From an uncultured virus (IMG/VR IMGVR_UViG_3300005826_000001) (lineage: Duplodnaviria; Heunggongvirae; Uroviricota; Caudoviricetes), in IMG/VR virus record IMGVR_UViG_3300005826_000001, positions 58,232 through 78,231 of that record: DNA of 20,000 bases. One strand, given 5' to 3'. The notes beneath the pieces were generated by a model. It was given only the letters and a program-made list of their open reading frames with translations, did no database searches and was not told the DNA's origin. Below, piece by piece: positions 8,128-16,090 of this stretch. The translations under genes were made by a program, and so were the position numbers. The stretch's first letter is position 1, and each line of letters starts with the position of its first letter.

Positions 8128-8537
8128 GGCAACTGATGAACGTGACGATGAAGACAGTGGTTCACAAGGCCAACGTGCCGATGCTCAAGGGTGAGACGCT
8201 GAGGATGTTCACTCAGGCACTCAGCGACTCCGGCAGCACCTATTTGCGCCGGAAGCTCAACTTGCTGGAGCAAGACGGCGTGTACATGCTGGAAACGATG
8301 GCTGATCAGGCTGTTTTTGAAGCGTACAAGACCAACGGGCCAACAGGCAAACCATCGTGCAAGTATTATGCATTGAAGTTCAAGCGCAAATCCGATGGCG
8401 GATTTGAGTTTGGCGAGTCTGTGGAGGTGCACCGCGTCACCCAATACGAGCCCGTCACCAAGGCGGCAGAAGCTCCTGTCCAGAAAGAAGCGTGGGTGGA
8501 AGCGGAGCCGCTGGTTGATTGGCACGAGGTGCTGTGA
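8124..8537 (+). CDS. Hypothetical protein (137 aa)
   Basis: ATGA overlap with the previous gene and a double stop TGATAG. The true start could be a slightly later Met. Confidence 0.75.
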   Translation: MRQLMNVTMKTVVHKANVPMLKGETLRMFTQALSDSGSTYLRRKLNLLEQDGVYMLETMADQAVFEAYKTNGPTGKPSCKYYALKFKRKSDGGFEFGESVEVHRVTQYEPVTKAAEAPVQKEAWVEAEPLVDWHEVL

Positions 8538-8549
8538 TAGGAGGCATAG

Positions 8550-9659
8550 ATGCCAGCGCTAGCCCGAGGGCAGGAAAACACGCCATCCATAGTCAATTGG
8601 TTTTTGACTATAAACGGCGTTCTCACCGACGCCTATGCGGTGGAGTACCGCATTTTTGACATCACAGGGGGGCTTCCAGGCACCCAGATCTTTCCGGCCA
8701 CCCCGGGCGACTATGAGACGGTGACCACAGGGGCAGGCAATTTTTCCACAGGGTCATACTACGCATATGACAACGGCAACGCCCAAGGGTGGACCCCGGG
8801 GATCGCGGAGCCGATTGGAACGCACCGCATCGAGTGGCGCTGGAAGATTTCTGTTGGTTCAGCGTATCAGGCGGGTCAAGAAGATTTTGAGGTGTTGGTG
8901 CAATCGGCGGGAAGCTCCGCCGACACCTACATCAACGTGCAGGACATCCGGGACCTCGGAGTGCCTGATCCGCCCGATGATGCGGCGGTGCTCGCCGCCA
9001 TCGAGACTTGGCAGGCGTTCTTGGAGAGGGCGTGCCGGCAATGGTTTGTGCCCAAGTCCTTGACGCTCCAGCTTGATGGGACAGATTCCGACACCCTCCA
9101 CTTCGGGGTGCCGATCATCAGCATCGACTACATCCAGATCAACGACCAAGGGGTGAATCTGGCTGCTGACGAGTACAAGGTGTACAGCGCGGTGAAGTAT
9201 CCGGACGACAGGCACAACCCGAGGATCAAGCTGGTTAACGCGCAAGACCTCGACATCTACACAGCGCCGGTGTCGCATCCCAATCTGCGCCGGAAGTTTC
9301 GCAAGGGGCGGCAGAACCAGATCGTCAAGGGCGTGTTCGGATACGTTGAGGAGGATGGCGGAGTGCCGAAGCTGATCAAGAGGGCGCTCACAAAGCTGGT
9401 CATCGAGAAGCTGTCCAAGCCCTTGTATGTAGACGACAGCAATCCTGCCGCTCTGCCATCGCCGCCGGCCATCCTGGGGGACGTTATGGAGGAGTGGACG
9501 GATGGCCATAAAATCAAATACGGCACAGCAGGGACAGAGCTCAAACCCCGATCGGCCGGGCTCGCTGGCATCACGGATGACCAGGAGATCACCGACATCA
9601 TCCGCCTGTATCGCGCGCCCATCGGCGCGGCGACTCCGGCGCACCCGAGTTTCACCTGA
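8550..9659 (+). CDS. Head-tail adaptor/connector protein with an extra N-terminal Ig-like domain
   Basis: AGGAGG RBS. From about residue 125: TYINVQDIR...DDAAVLAAIETWQAFLERACRQWF...LDG.....L...PIISID...V.G.FGY.....PKLIKRALTKL, a typical SPP1 gp15/HK97 gp6-like adaptor pattern. It is the first gene of the neck cluster. Confidence 0.8.
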   Translation: MPALARGQENTPSIVNWFLTINGVLTDAYAVEYRIFDITGGLPGTQIFPATPGDYETVTTGAGNFSTGSYYAYDNGNAQGWTPGIAEPIGTHRIEWRWKISVGSAYQAGQEDFEVLVQSAGSSADTYINVQDIRDLGVPDPPDDAAVLAAIETWQAFLERACRQWFVPKSLTLQLDGTDSDTLHFGVPIISIDYIQINDQGVNLAADEYKVYSAVKYPDDRHNPRIKLVNAQDLDIYTAPVSHPNLRRKFRKGRQNQIVKGVFGYVEEDGGVPKLIKRALTKLVIEKLSKPLYVDDSNPAALPSPPAILGDVMEEWTDGHKIKYGTAGTELKPRSAGLAGITDDQEITDIIRLYRAPIGAATPAHPSFT

Positions 9660-10063
9660 TGGTACAACCCAACCTCATCCATCCCGTGCCCATTGATGTT
9701 GAACAATGGGTTGAAGCGGAAACCATCGTTGATGACGACTTCCGGGAGCCGGTCCAGCAGGCGGCTCGGGCGGTGGTCACCACCGTCGTTGGCCAGCCCC
9801 GATGGGGGATTGAGAAGGGGCTTCAGCCCACGATCATCGGCGCTGAAGCAGAGTCAGACGGTTATGTGTTGTTCAGATACAAGGATCTGGAAGCAGCCGG
9901 CATCGAGCTGAAGACCAACGATCGGTTCATCAAGATTGGCAAGATTGTCACCGACGTTTACATCACCAAGCTCCGTCCGGAGGGGCACTACACAGATCAG
10001 GGCGGTGCCACCTTGGTGAAGGCGTTTTTTGCTGACAGGGAGCCGTCCAGAGGGGTGGCGTGA
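9659..10063 (+). CDS. Head-closure/stopper protein (SPP1 gp16-like)
   Basis: 134 aa, directly after the adaptor. Contains the DDDFREP motif and the L...GIELK.NDR....G...YI..L.P.GHY pattern. Confidence 0.7.
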   Translation: MVQPNLIHPVPIDVEQWVEAETIVDDDFREPVQQAARAVVTTVVGQPRWGIEKGLQPTIIGAEAESDGYVLFRYKDLEAAGIELKTNDRFIKIGKIVTDVYITKLRPEGHYTDQGGATLVKAFFADREPSRGVA

Positions 10064-10689
10064 CCCGAATCAAGTTTGACAAGCGGGGTTGGGTGAAGCT
10101 GGAGGCAGCTCTGGACCCCGCCAAGATGGACGCGACGATGAAGCGCCATCTCCGTCGGGCATCCGGTCTCAACGGCAAGTTGGTTCAAGCCGCTGTGCGG
10201 TCAGAGATCAGCGGCGGCAAGTTTGCTCCCAACCGCCCACTCACGGTGGCGCTGAAGGGCGGCAGGAATGAGCCCTTGATCGGCAACTCAGACCTCTTCA
10301 ACGCAATAACGTCCAAAGTTATTGGCGATACACAGGTGTTTGTCGGTGTGTTGCGTACCGACGATGTGTACAACATCGCAGTCGCAATTCACGACGGGCG
10401 GGAGATCGGCGTCACATCGGCAATGCGCGGCTTGTTCTTTGTGCTCTGGCAAGCTAGCGTTGACCCTGCCCAGGTAGCCAAGTTGAAGGGCAGGGCCAAG
10501 GACTTGTGGGAAACGATGCCAGGAGGATGGAAGCCGCTCAAGCCCTCCACCCGCGCCATCATCATCCCTTCGCGGCCATTCATCAAGCAGGCATTCAAAG
10601 CAGTGGGGCTCAAAAAGAAAGTCCAAGATAATTGGCGGATGGCACTTCAAGCAGCGGTGCGTGAACAAAGCAGGAGCGGTGGCGCATGA
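10060..10689 (+). CDS. Neck/tail-completion (virion morphogenesis) protein, HK97 gp10/Mu gpG-like
   Basis: Basic protein with FAPNRPLTVALKG...PLI...DL.NAI, A.A.HDG and IPSRPFI motifs, placed after the stopper. Confidence 0.8.
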   Translation: MTRIKFDKRGWVKLEAALDPAKMDATMKRHLRRASGLNGKLVQAAVRSEISGGKFAPNRPLTVALKGGRNEPLIGNSDLFNAITSKVIGDTQVFVGVLRTDDVYNIAVAIHDGREIGVTSAMRGLFFVLWQASVDPAQVAKLKGRAKDLWETMPGGWKPLKPSTRAIIIPSRPFIKQAFKAVGLKKKVQDNWRMALQAAVREQSRSGGA

Positions 10690-11948
10690 GAGTCAAAAGG
10701 CTGATCAAACGCTTCCAATTTGAAGAGCGCAATCGCAGCCGCATCACCCTCGGGACCGATGTCAGGCTCAATCCTGAGACGCATCGACTGCAGCTCAAAG
10801 AGACATCGGCGGGGACCTATCCAACCACAGCAGACCTGTACGCCAAGACCTGGGTGACGACGCCGGAGCGAGTCCGGCAGTGGCTCAGTTTTGAGGCGGA
10901 GATTGTCCACCCCAAGGATGATCTCGGGCAACCGCTCACCAGCGCCGGATATCGGCTCTCAGACGGCACGGATGAATATTGGTGGGACGGAGGGGCGTGG
11001 ACGGTAAACACCACCGACTGGAACACCGAGCAGGAAGTTGCCGCCAACATCTCCGACTTCCCAGCCACCGCGAAGCAGCTTCAAGTCATCATCAACCTGG
11101 TCACGACCGATGAGACGGTGACGCCCGAGTTGGCGGCGGTCAAGGTGCTGTACTCGGCAGATATCGAGCACCAAGAGGACTATGTGTACAGGTCGCTGGT
11201 CCGATTGCTCCGGAGCGAGGTGCGGCCGATCTCGGATTATCCAATCAAGTTGACCGCCGTCACCGACGTGGTGGACATCGATGACTATCCGTTGGAGACG
11301 CCCTACAACGTGGTTGGGGTGGACTCTGTGTTTGATCACACGGCAGATCCGAACCACTTCACAGATCTCTTGGCGTCGTATGACGCACCGACCAAGGTCA
11401 TCACCTTGACCAGCGCGGTGGCCGCCGGTAACATCCTGTGGGTCAAGTTCATCTGGGAGCCCGAGGTTGCCGTGACCACCGCCGCAGAATACACAGAGGT
11501 GGCCAAGGTGCCAGCCATCGAGATCAGCGATATCAATCTGGTGGACTCCGCCGATACAGGCACAGACGATTGGGTGATCGACAAGGGCGCCGGGACGGCA
11601 GTCAAAGTCTTTGCGCCGCTCCAAGCGGACATCGAGTTCACGTTACGCGGGCTGACTGATAGCGCGCGGGACCAACACAGACTCGCTGACGAGCTGAAGC
11701 GCTTTTTCCGCAACAACCCGATCATTCGGTCTGTCGGGATGGATGAAGAGTTTAGGCTTTGGTTGCTGACCGAGTATGATATGGCAACCGTGGCCAATCG
11801 GGATGAGATTCAGTCCGGCAGGCTCCGGGCTCGCATCGTCAAGGCGTTGTTTTATGAGCGCGACGCCGTGGACGTATACGCTGTACAGAGGTTCAACCTG
11901 ACAGGCGACATGAACGCTGTGATCAACCAAGTGAACGTTGGTGATTGA
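10686..11948 (+). CDS. Tail terminator/sheath-capping protein with extra domains (420 aa)
   Basis: Immediately upstream of the sheath. C-terminal PAIEISD...PLQADIEFTLRGLTDSARDQHRLADELKRFF resembles the terminator fold. Confidence 0.6.
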   Translation: MRVKRLIKRFQFEERNRSRITLGTDVRLNPETHRLQLKETSAGTYPTTADLYAKTWVTTPERVRQWLSFEAEIVHPKDDLGQPLTSAGYRLSDGTDEYWWDGGAWTVNTTDWNTEQEVAANISDFPATAKQLQVIINLVTTDETVTPELAAVKVLYSADIEHQEDYVYRSLVRLLRSEVRPISDYPIKLTAVTDVVDIDDYPLETPYNVVGVDSVFDHTADPNHFTDLLASYDAPTKVITLTSAVAAGNILWVKFIWEPEVAVTTAAEYTEVAKVPAIEISDINLVDSADTGTDDWVIDKGAGTAVKVFAPLQADIEFTLRGLTDSARDQHRLADELKRFFRNNPIIRSVGMDEEFRLWLLTEYDMATVANRDEIQSGRLRARIVKALFYERDAVDVYAVQRFNLTGDMNAVINQVNVGD

Positions 11949-11964
11949 TTAGGAGGCACGACCC

Positions 11965-14253
11965 ATGGCTCAAAGGCGATTTGGCCCCACACGTGGTGCG
12001 GGCGTGGCAATCATTGAGTTGGAAGGTGAAAAGGGGATCACCCCCGGAGCACTTGGCTTTGCAGGCTATGCGGGCGTGCTTGAAAAGGGACCCGTTGGTG
12101 AGTTGATCATAGCCACCAACCAGAAGCAGTTTGAGAAGAAATGCGGCGGGATCATCTCCGCGTCCTTGCTCCCGGATGCCGCGTTTGATTACTATTCACT
12201 GGCCAACGGCGCCGGAGGGCTCCTGCTTGTCCGTGTCACCGACGGCAATGAAGCGCAGGCGGAGATGCCGCTGTATGCGCGCAACGCTTCGGTGCTCACC
12301 CAGATGGGGACGCTGAAGGCCAAGAACGGCGGGAGATGGGGCGGCAAGGAGAAACGCTACAGTGGCGAGATGGCCGTTGTCGCCACGGACCTCACCAACA
12401 CAACCCTCGACACCGGCGTGGCCACCTTCAAGACGGATGAGTGGGTGGGTGGTTACATCGAGCTACCCGATGTGCCCAATGTGCGTTATCCGATCGTGGG
12501 CAACACCGCCGCCGGGGTGATCACGGTCGCCGCCGACCAGACCATGAAGGACACATACGATGGTCTGTCGGGCGCTGATGACAGGTACTACCTGGTGTTG
12601 GAAAACGAGGACAAGGCTCTCAGCGTCATCATCGGCGATGGTGAGGAGGACCCCAGCGGCGAGTTCAGCCTGTCTGTGTACGTGGACGGGGACTTTGTCA
12701 AGAAGTATCCCAACCTGAACACGGATCCGACCGACGCCAACTACTGGGTGAAGGTCATCAACGATGACACCGGGAATGACGAGATCACGGCTGTGGATCT
12801 TTGGACGGGTGCTCACGTGCCAGGCGTGCGACCGGCCAACGTTTATGGCTTGATCGCTGCTGGATTGTCTGATACGGTGCTGCCCGCCGTCATCCACGAC
12901 TTCGCGGTCACGTTGTCACCAACGGGCGCCAATCCGACGGTCGCGCTGGACGCCACCGACGATGACATGGTTGCCCAGCAGCTGACCCTTACGATGGCTG
13001 ATGCCACGACGTTCAACGTGGTGTCCGACAAATTCGGAGCGCTGGGCGTCGGCACGGTCGGAGTCTCGTTTGTCGCCGACATCAAGTGGGTGCCGGAGTT
13101 CACGGTGTCCAACGGCGCCACCGTCTTGGCCACGGGCGACACGATGCGGCTGAACTACAAGCCGCTGAAGCCCGACGCCCTGATCGGGGGCTATGTGTAT
13201 CCAGACAAGGTGAACGCCAAGTCCACCAAGTTCAGGATTGTCGACAACGACCACGACAGCATCACAGCCGCCGACGGCTCCACGATGCTCACCGACGGAG
13301 CGCCAGGCGATCAATTCCTGGTGGAAGCTCCGTTGGAGATGGAGGGTGGCAGAGACGGCTATGCAGACCTGGTGGATGCCGACTACAACCAGCAGGCTTG
13401 GGACGTTGGCAACAGCCCGTTCAACCGCACCTTCGGCAAGAACTATGGGCTGATCAAGTTTGCGACGCCGGGCATCAACGCCACGGCAGTCCAAAAGGCC
13501 GGCGTTGCCTATGCCGACGCCAAAAACCATCAGTACAGGTATGAATTCCCCGCCAACATCACCACGGAGTCAGCAGCGATTGACTACGTGAATGACACCC
13601 TCGGGCGTTCAGACTATGCCGTGGCGGCATTCCCGTCCTACGGTGACGTGGCTGACCCGAGCGGAGGGCCGCTGACCAAGCAGGTGGTCAACACCGGGAT
13701 GATCCATGGCCGTGAGGCTCGGATCGCGGCTGACTATGACGGCTATCACAAGGCGGGAGCGGGTTTGGACGCGACGCTTCCGGCGTTGCTCGATGTGACG
13801 ACCGGGGACGCGCTGCTCAATGAAGAGCTGCTCAACCCCGTCGGCATTGCTGTCGTCAAGAAGCTGAAGGGCAACTACGTGGTCTGGGGCGACCGGACCC
13901 TGAACACAGACCCCAACTGGAAATGGAAGCATCAGCGAGAGCAGATGTCCTACTATGAACACGTGCTCCAGGAGTCCTTTGACTGGGTTGTGTTCATGAT
14001 CAACGATCCGACCACGGAAAAGTTGGCGTTGGCATCGCTCCAGAGCTACTTTCTGCCGGAGTTCACCAAGCGGGCTCTGCGCGGGGAAACCTTCCAGGAC
14101 GCCGCGATCATCAAGCTCGATGAAGAGTTGAACACCAATGCGACCAGAGCGGCTGGCGACATGATCGCTGAGATCAAGCTCCGGCTGGCCGACACGGTGG
14201 AGCGCTTCATCATCCGCATTGGCAAACAGGGCATCTTTGAGTCTGTTGGCTGA
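11965..14253 (+). CDS. Contractile tail sheath protein (762 aa)
   Basis: AGGAGG RBS. N-terminal GV.IIE...GYAG..EKGP, and C-terminal LNP.GI......G..VVWGDRTL...W......RE...F.W.VF..ND...RG...ERFII, the conserved sheath C-terminal pattern. Confidence 0.95.
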   Translation: MAQRRFGPTRGAGVAIIELEGEKGITPGALGFAGYAGVLEKGPVGELIIATNQKQFEKKCGGIISASLLPDAAFDYYSLANGAGGLLLVRVTDGNEAQAEMPLYARNASVLTQMGTLKAKNGGRWGGKEKRYSGEMAVVATDLTNTTLDTGVATFKTDEWVGGYIELPDVPNVRYPIVGNTAAGVITVAADQTMKDTYDGLSGADDRYYLVLENEDKALSVIIGDGEEDPSGEFSLSVYVDGDFVKKYPNLNTDPTDANYWVKVINDDTGNDEITAVDLWTGAHVPGVRPANVYGLIAAGLSDTVLPAVIHDFAVTLSPTGANPTVALDATDDDMVAQQLTLTMADATTFNVVSDKFGALGVGTVGVSFVADIKWVPEFTVSNGATVLATGDTMRLNYKPLKPDALIGGYVYPDKVNAKSTKFRIVDNDHDSITAADGSTMLTDGAPGDQFLVEAPLEMEGGRDGYADLVDADYNQQAWDVGNSPFNRTFGKNYGLIKFATPGINATAVQKAGVAYADAKNHQYRYEFPANITTESAAIDYVNDTLGRSDYAVAAFPSYGDVADPSGGPLTKQVVNTGMIHGREARIAADYDGYHKAGAGLDATLPALLDVTTGDALLNEELLNPVGIAVVKKLKGNYVVWGDRTLNTDPNWKWKHQREQMSYYEHVLQESFDWVVFMINDPTTEKLALASLQSYFLPEFTKRALRGETFQDAAIIKLDEELNTNATRAAGDMIAEIKLRLADTVERFIIRIGKQGIFESVG

Positions 14254-14296
14254 AGCAGCCCCGATACAGCCCACCAAGGGGGCATAGGAGTTTGAC

Positions 14297-14554
14297 ATGA
14301 CAACCAATCTGAAGAAGCTGTTGGGCGAAGCTGGGGCAGGCCTGGACTCGTCACATGGCTCCACAACCCTCTATGAGCTGTTGGAAGCGATGGTCACCCA
14401 GATGACCGACGTGGCCGACAAGTTCAACAACCACACGCACGCCGCCGACGGGGCGGAGGCAGGGGCATACAACACGTCCAGGCCTCAGTCCGACGCCGAG
14501 GACAAGACTCAGGGCACACCATCCGCCATCACGGCGTTGGTGGCTGTGGAGTAG
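14297..14554 (+). CDS. Small protein (85 aa) with a helix and an FNNHTH (HxH) motif
   Basis: AGGAG RBS. Fills the gap between the sheath and tube genes. Confidence 0.75.
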   Translation: MTTNLKKLLGEAGAGLDSSHGSTTLYELLEAMVTQMTDVADKFNNHTHAADGAEAGAYNTSRPQSDAEDKTQGTPSAITALVAVE

Positions 14555-14608
14555 CCACCGAGGGCAAGGCCGCAGGCGCGGACACTTCAGCTCAGGAGGA
14601 TTCTATAC

Positions 14609-15049
14609 ATGAAAGGCGCTATCCAAGCTGACCACATACCGGTCAACAAGTACGTGTTGTTGGTCTTGGGGCTTCCAACGCTGACGCCCACAGAAATTGG
14701 CGGGTTGGAGGATGAACTCCAAACCACAGAACTGCCAGACCGCACTCGGGCATCCGGCGGGAACCGGGGGCCATCCGAGTTCACGATCATGCTCCCCATG
14801 CATCACACGGTGGAGCAGGCGGCAATGGAGGTTTGGTTCAGGGAGTCTCAGGACCCCGTCAGCCCAACCTACAAGAAGGTCGCAACGCTGATTCACCAGT
14901 CCATCAGCGGCAACGCTTCTCGCACGTACTCCATCGTCAACGCATTCCCGACAAAGCGGGTGCTCCCTGACCTGGAGATGGAAAACGAGGGCGAGCTGGC
15001 GGCAGTGGAGTGGACCATCAGCGTCGATGACATCGTGCCAACTGCTTGA
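14609..15049 (+). CDS. Tail tube protein (T4 gp19-like family)
   Basis: AGGAGG RBS, 146 aa, after the sheath. Pattern N.Y.L.V.G....EIGGL...W......K...L......Y...NAFPTK...PDL.......VEWTI.VD.I. Confidence 0.9.
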   Translation: MKGAIQADHIPVNKYVLLVLGLPTLTPTEIGGLEDELQTTELPDRTRASGGNRGPSEFTIMLPMHHTVEQAAMEVWFRESQDPVSPTYKKVATLIHQSISGNASRTYSIVNAFPTKRVLPDLEMENEGELAAVEWTISVDDIVPTA

Positions 15050-15052
15050 TTC

Positions 15053-15240
15053 GCTGTCTGGTTCGGACCTGCACCAGACAGCATAGGTCGCAGCGCGCCT
15101 GGACAGACTGTGACGGAGCCAGGATGCACGAGCGATCCTGAGTCGCAGCGCTCCCGGTTCCGTTCAGCCTTCGCGCCGGGAGCGCTGCGACCCTTACATA
15201 CAGCGGCGGGCCTAACAAGGCGATTGCTAATTGGAGGTTG
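15053..15240 (+). ncRNA. Candidate structured cis-regulatory RNA in the tube-chaperone intergenic region
   Basis: Perfect 10-bp stem 15053-62/15073-82, hairpin 15120-15140, perfect 16-bp stem 15142-57/15176-91, and an alternative 11-bp pairing 15086-96/15182-92. This is the largest non-coding gap in the window. Function is unknown. Confidence 0.55.
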
Positions 15241-15242
15241 CC

Positions 15243-16067
15243 GTGACCACCGAGAAAACACCCCCACAGACCTCGATTGTCCAGCTCAAAGAATTGGGTG
15301 CGCACCTGCCTTTGGGCATCCTTGACAGCGGCAGCTATGTCAGGGACATAGCGCTGCGTCCTTGGCGTATGGCTGAAGAGCGAGAATTGGGGCGCATCCG
15401 GGACGCGAACAAGGACGCTAACATTGCGACGTTTGTCAGCTTGGTGCTTTCCGTCATGTGTACAAGGTTAGGTCCACATGACTTCGGAAACATGAAGCCC
15501 GAGCAACGTCGCGTGATTATCGGCCAGATGTTCATGGGTGACGTTCTGTACGTGTATGTCTGGCTGCGCGTCCAGACCATGGGGAATATGCTGGACCTCA
15601 ACCTGACTTGCGCAAGTTGCGGCCACAAATTCCCATTCAAGGCAGATCTGGAGACTGTCGAGGTGGAAACCGCCGAGACAGAAGATGCAGCATCGTGGAC
15701 CTACAAGCTCCGGGACCCGTTCAAGATCCGGGACCGAATGGCCGACGCCATCCGGATGGGTCCAACGCGCTGGAATGCTCTGGAGATGATGGACGGGCGC
15801 GGCGGGATGAACACAGGCGCGGCCAAGGCGGGAATCATCCAGGGGTGCTTCCGAGGGCTCGCAGACGATGACAAGCCCATGGTGATCGGGGACTCGGAGC
15901 TGGATGACATGTCCAAGTGGGACCTCGAACACCTGACCACGGAGATCGATGACTACAGCATCGGGCCCAACATGGCGGTGGAAGGGAAGTGCCCACGTTG
16001 CAACCGTGATTTCCGCACGTCGATGGACTGGGGATATGACAGTTTTTTCGGCGTTTCCTCCCGCTAA
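15243..16067 (+). CDS. Tail assembly chaperone (lambda gpG analogue, T4 gp26-like), two tandem domains each ending in CxxC
   Basis: GTG at 15243 after GGAGG (15233-37). Lies between tube and tape measure. Motifs D..Y....LR..T.G....L..TCASC and GP...VEGKCPRC...SFF. Confidence 0.8.
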   Translation: MTTEKTPPQTSIVQLKELGAHLPLGILDSGSYVRDIALRPWRMAEERELGRIRDANKDANIATFVSLVLSVMCTRLGPHDFGNMKPEQRRVIIGQMFMGDVLYVYVWLRVQTMGNMLDLNLTCASCGHKFPFKADLETVEVETAETEDAASWTYKLRDPFKIRDRMADAIRMGPTRWNALEMMDGRGGMNTGAAKAGIIQGCFRGLADDDKPMVIGDSELDDMSKWDLEHLTTEIDDYSIGPNMAVEGKCPRCNRDFRTSMDWGYDSFFGVSSR

Positions 16068-16090
16068 GATCCACGGATGATTTGCGGGAG
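16043..16090 (+). promoter_or_regulatory. Programmed -1 ribosomal frameshift signal (T TTT TTC plus 3' hairpin)
   Basis: Heptamer 16043-16049 is in the correct X XXY YYZ phase (AGT TTT TTC). After an 8-nt spacer comes the stem CTCCCGC 16058-64 / GCGGGAG 16084-90. The -1 frame is open to TAA 16250-52. Confidence 0.8.

Noticed and set aside
14254..14608. Short GC hairpins flanking the HxH gene (GCCCC..GGGGC after the sheath, CCGC-AGGC-GCGG before the tube)
   Set aside because: Stems of only 4-5 bp with no U-tract are expected by chance at this GC content.
15053..15089. H-type pseudoknot (loop GACCTG pairing with TAGGTC)
   Set aside because: Only 1 nt would have to span a 10-bp stem, which is sterically implausible. 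Kept only as an alternative pairing.
15106..15125. ACTGTGACGGAGCCAGGA resembles part of the cobalamin riboswitch B12 box
   Set aside because: The upstream GGGAA / GGTG-AA-TCC elements and the ACCTGCC end of the box are missing, and the gene context is unrelated to cobalamin.
15142..15200. 16-bp hairpin as a Rho-independent terminator
   Set aside because: There is no U-tract after it on either strand (it is followed by CCTTACATAC), and the loop is 18 nt.
15047..15325. Stop-codon readthrough or selenocysteine extension of the tail tube: TGA is followed by a hairpin and the frame stays open to 15325 (includes ORF 15110..15325)
   Set aside because: The tube domain is complete at the TGA. The extension is Arg/Pro/Gly/Ala-rich with no domain character, runs through the inverted repeats, and overlaps the chaperone start. 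Open frames of this length are common at this GC content.
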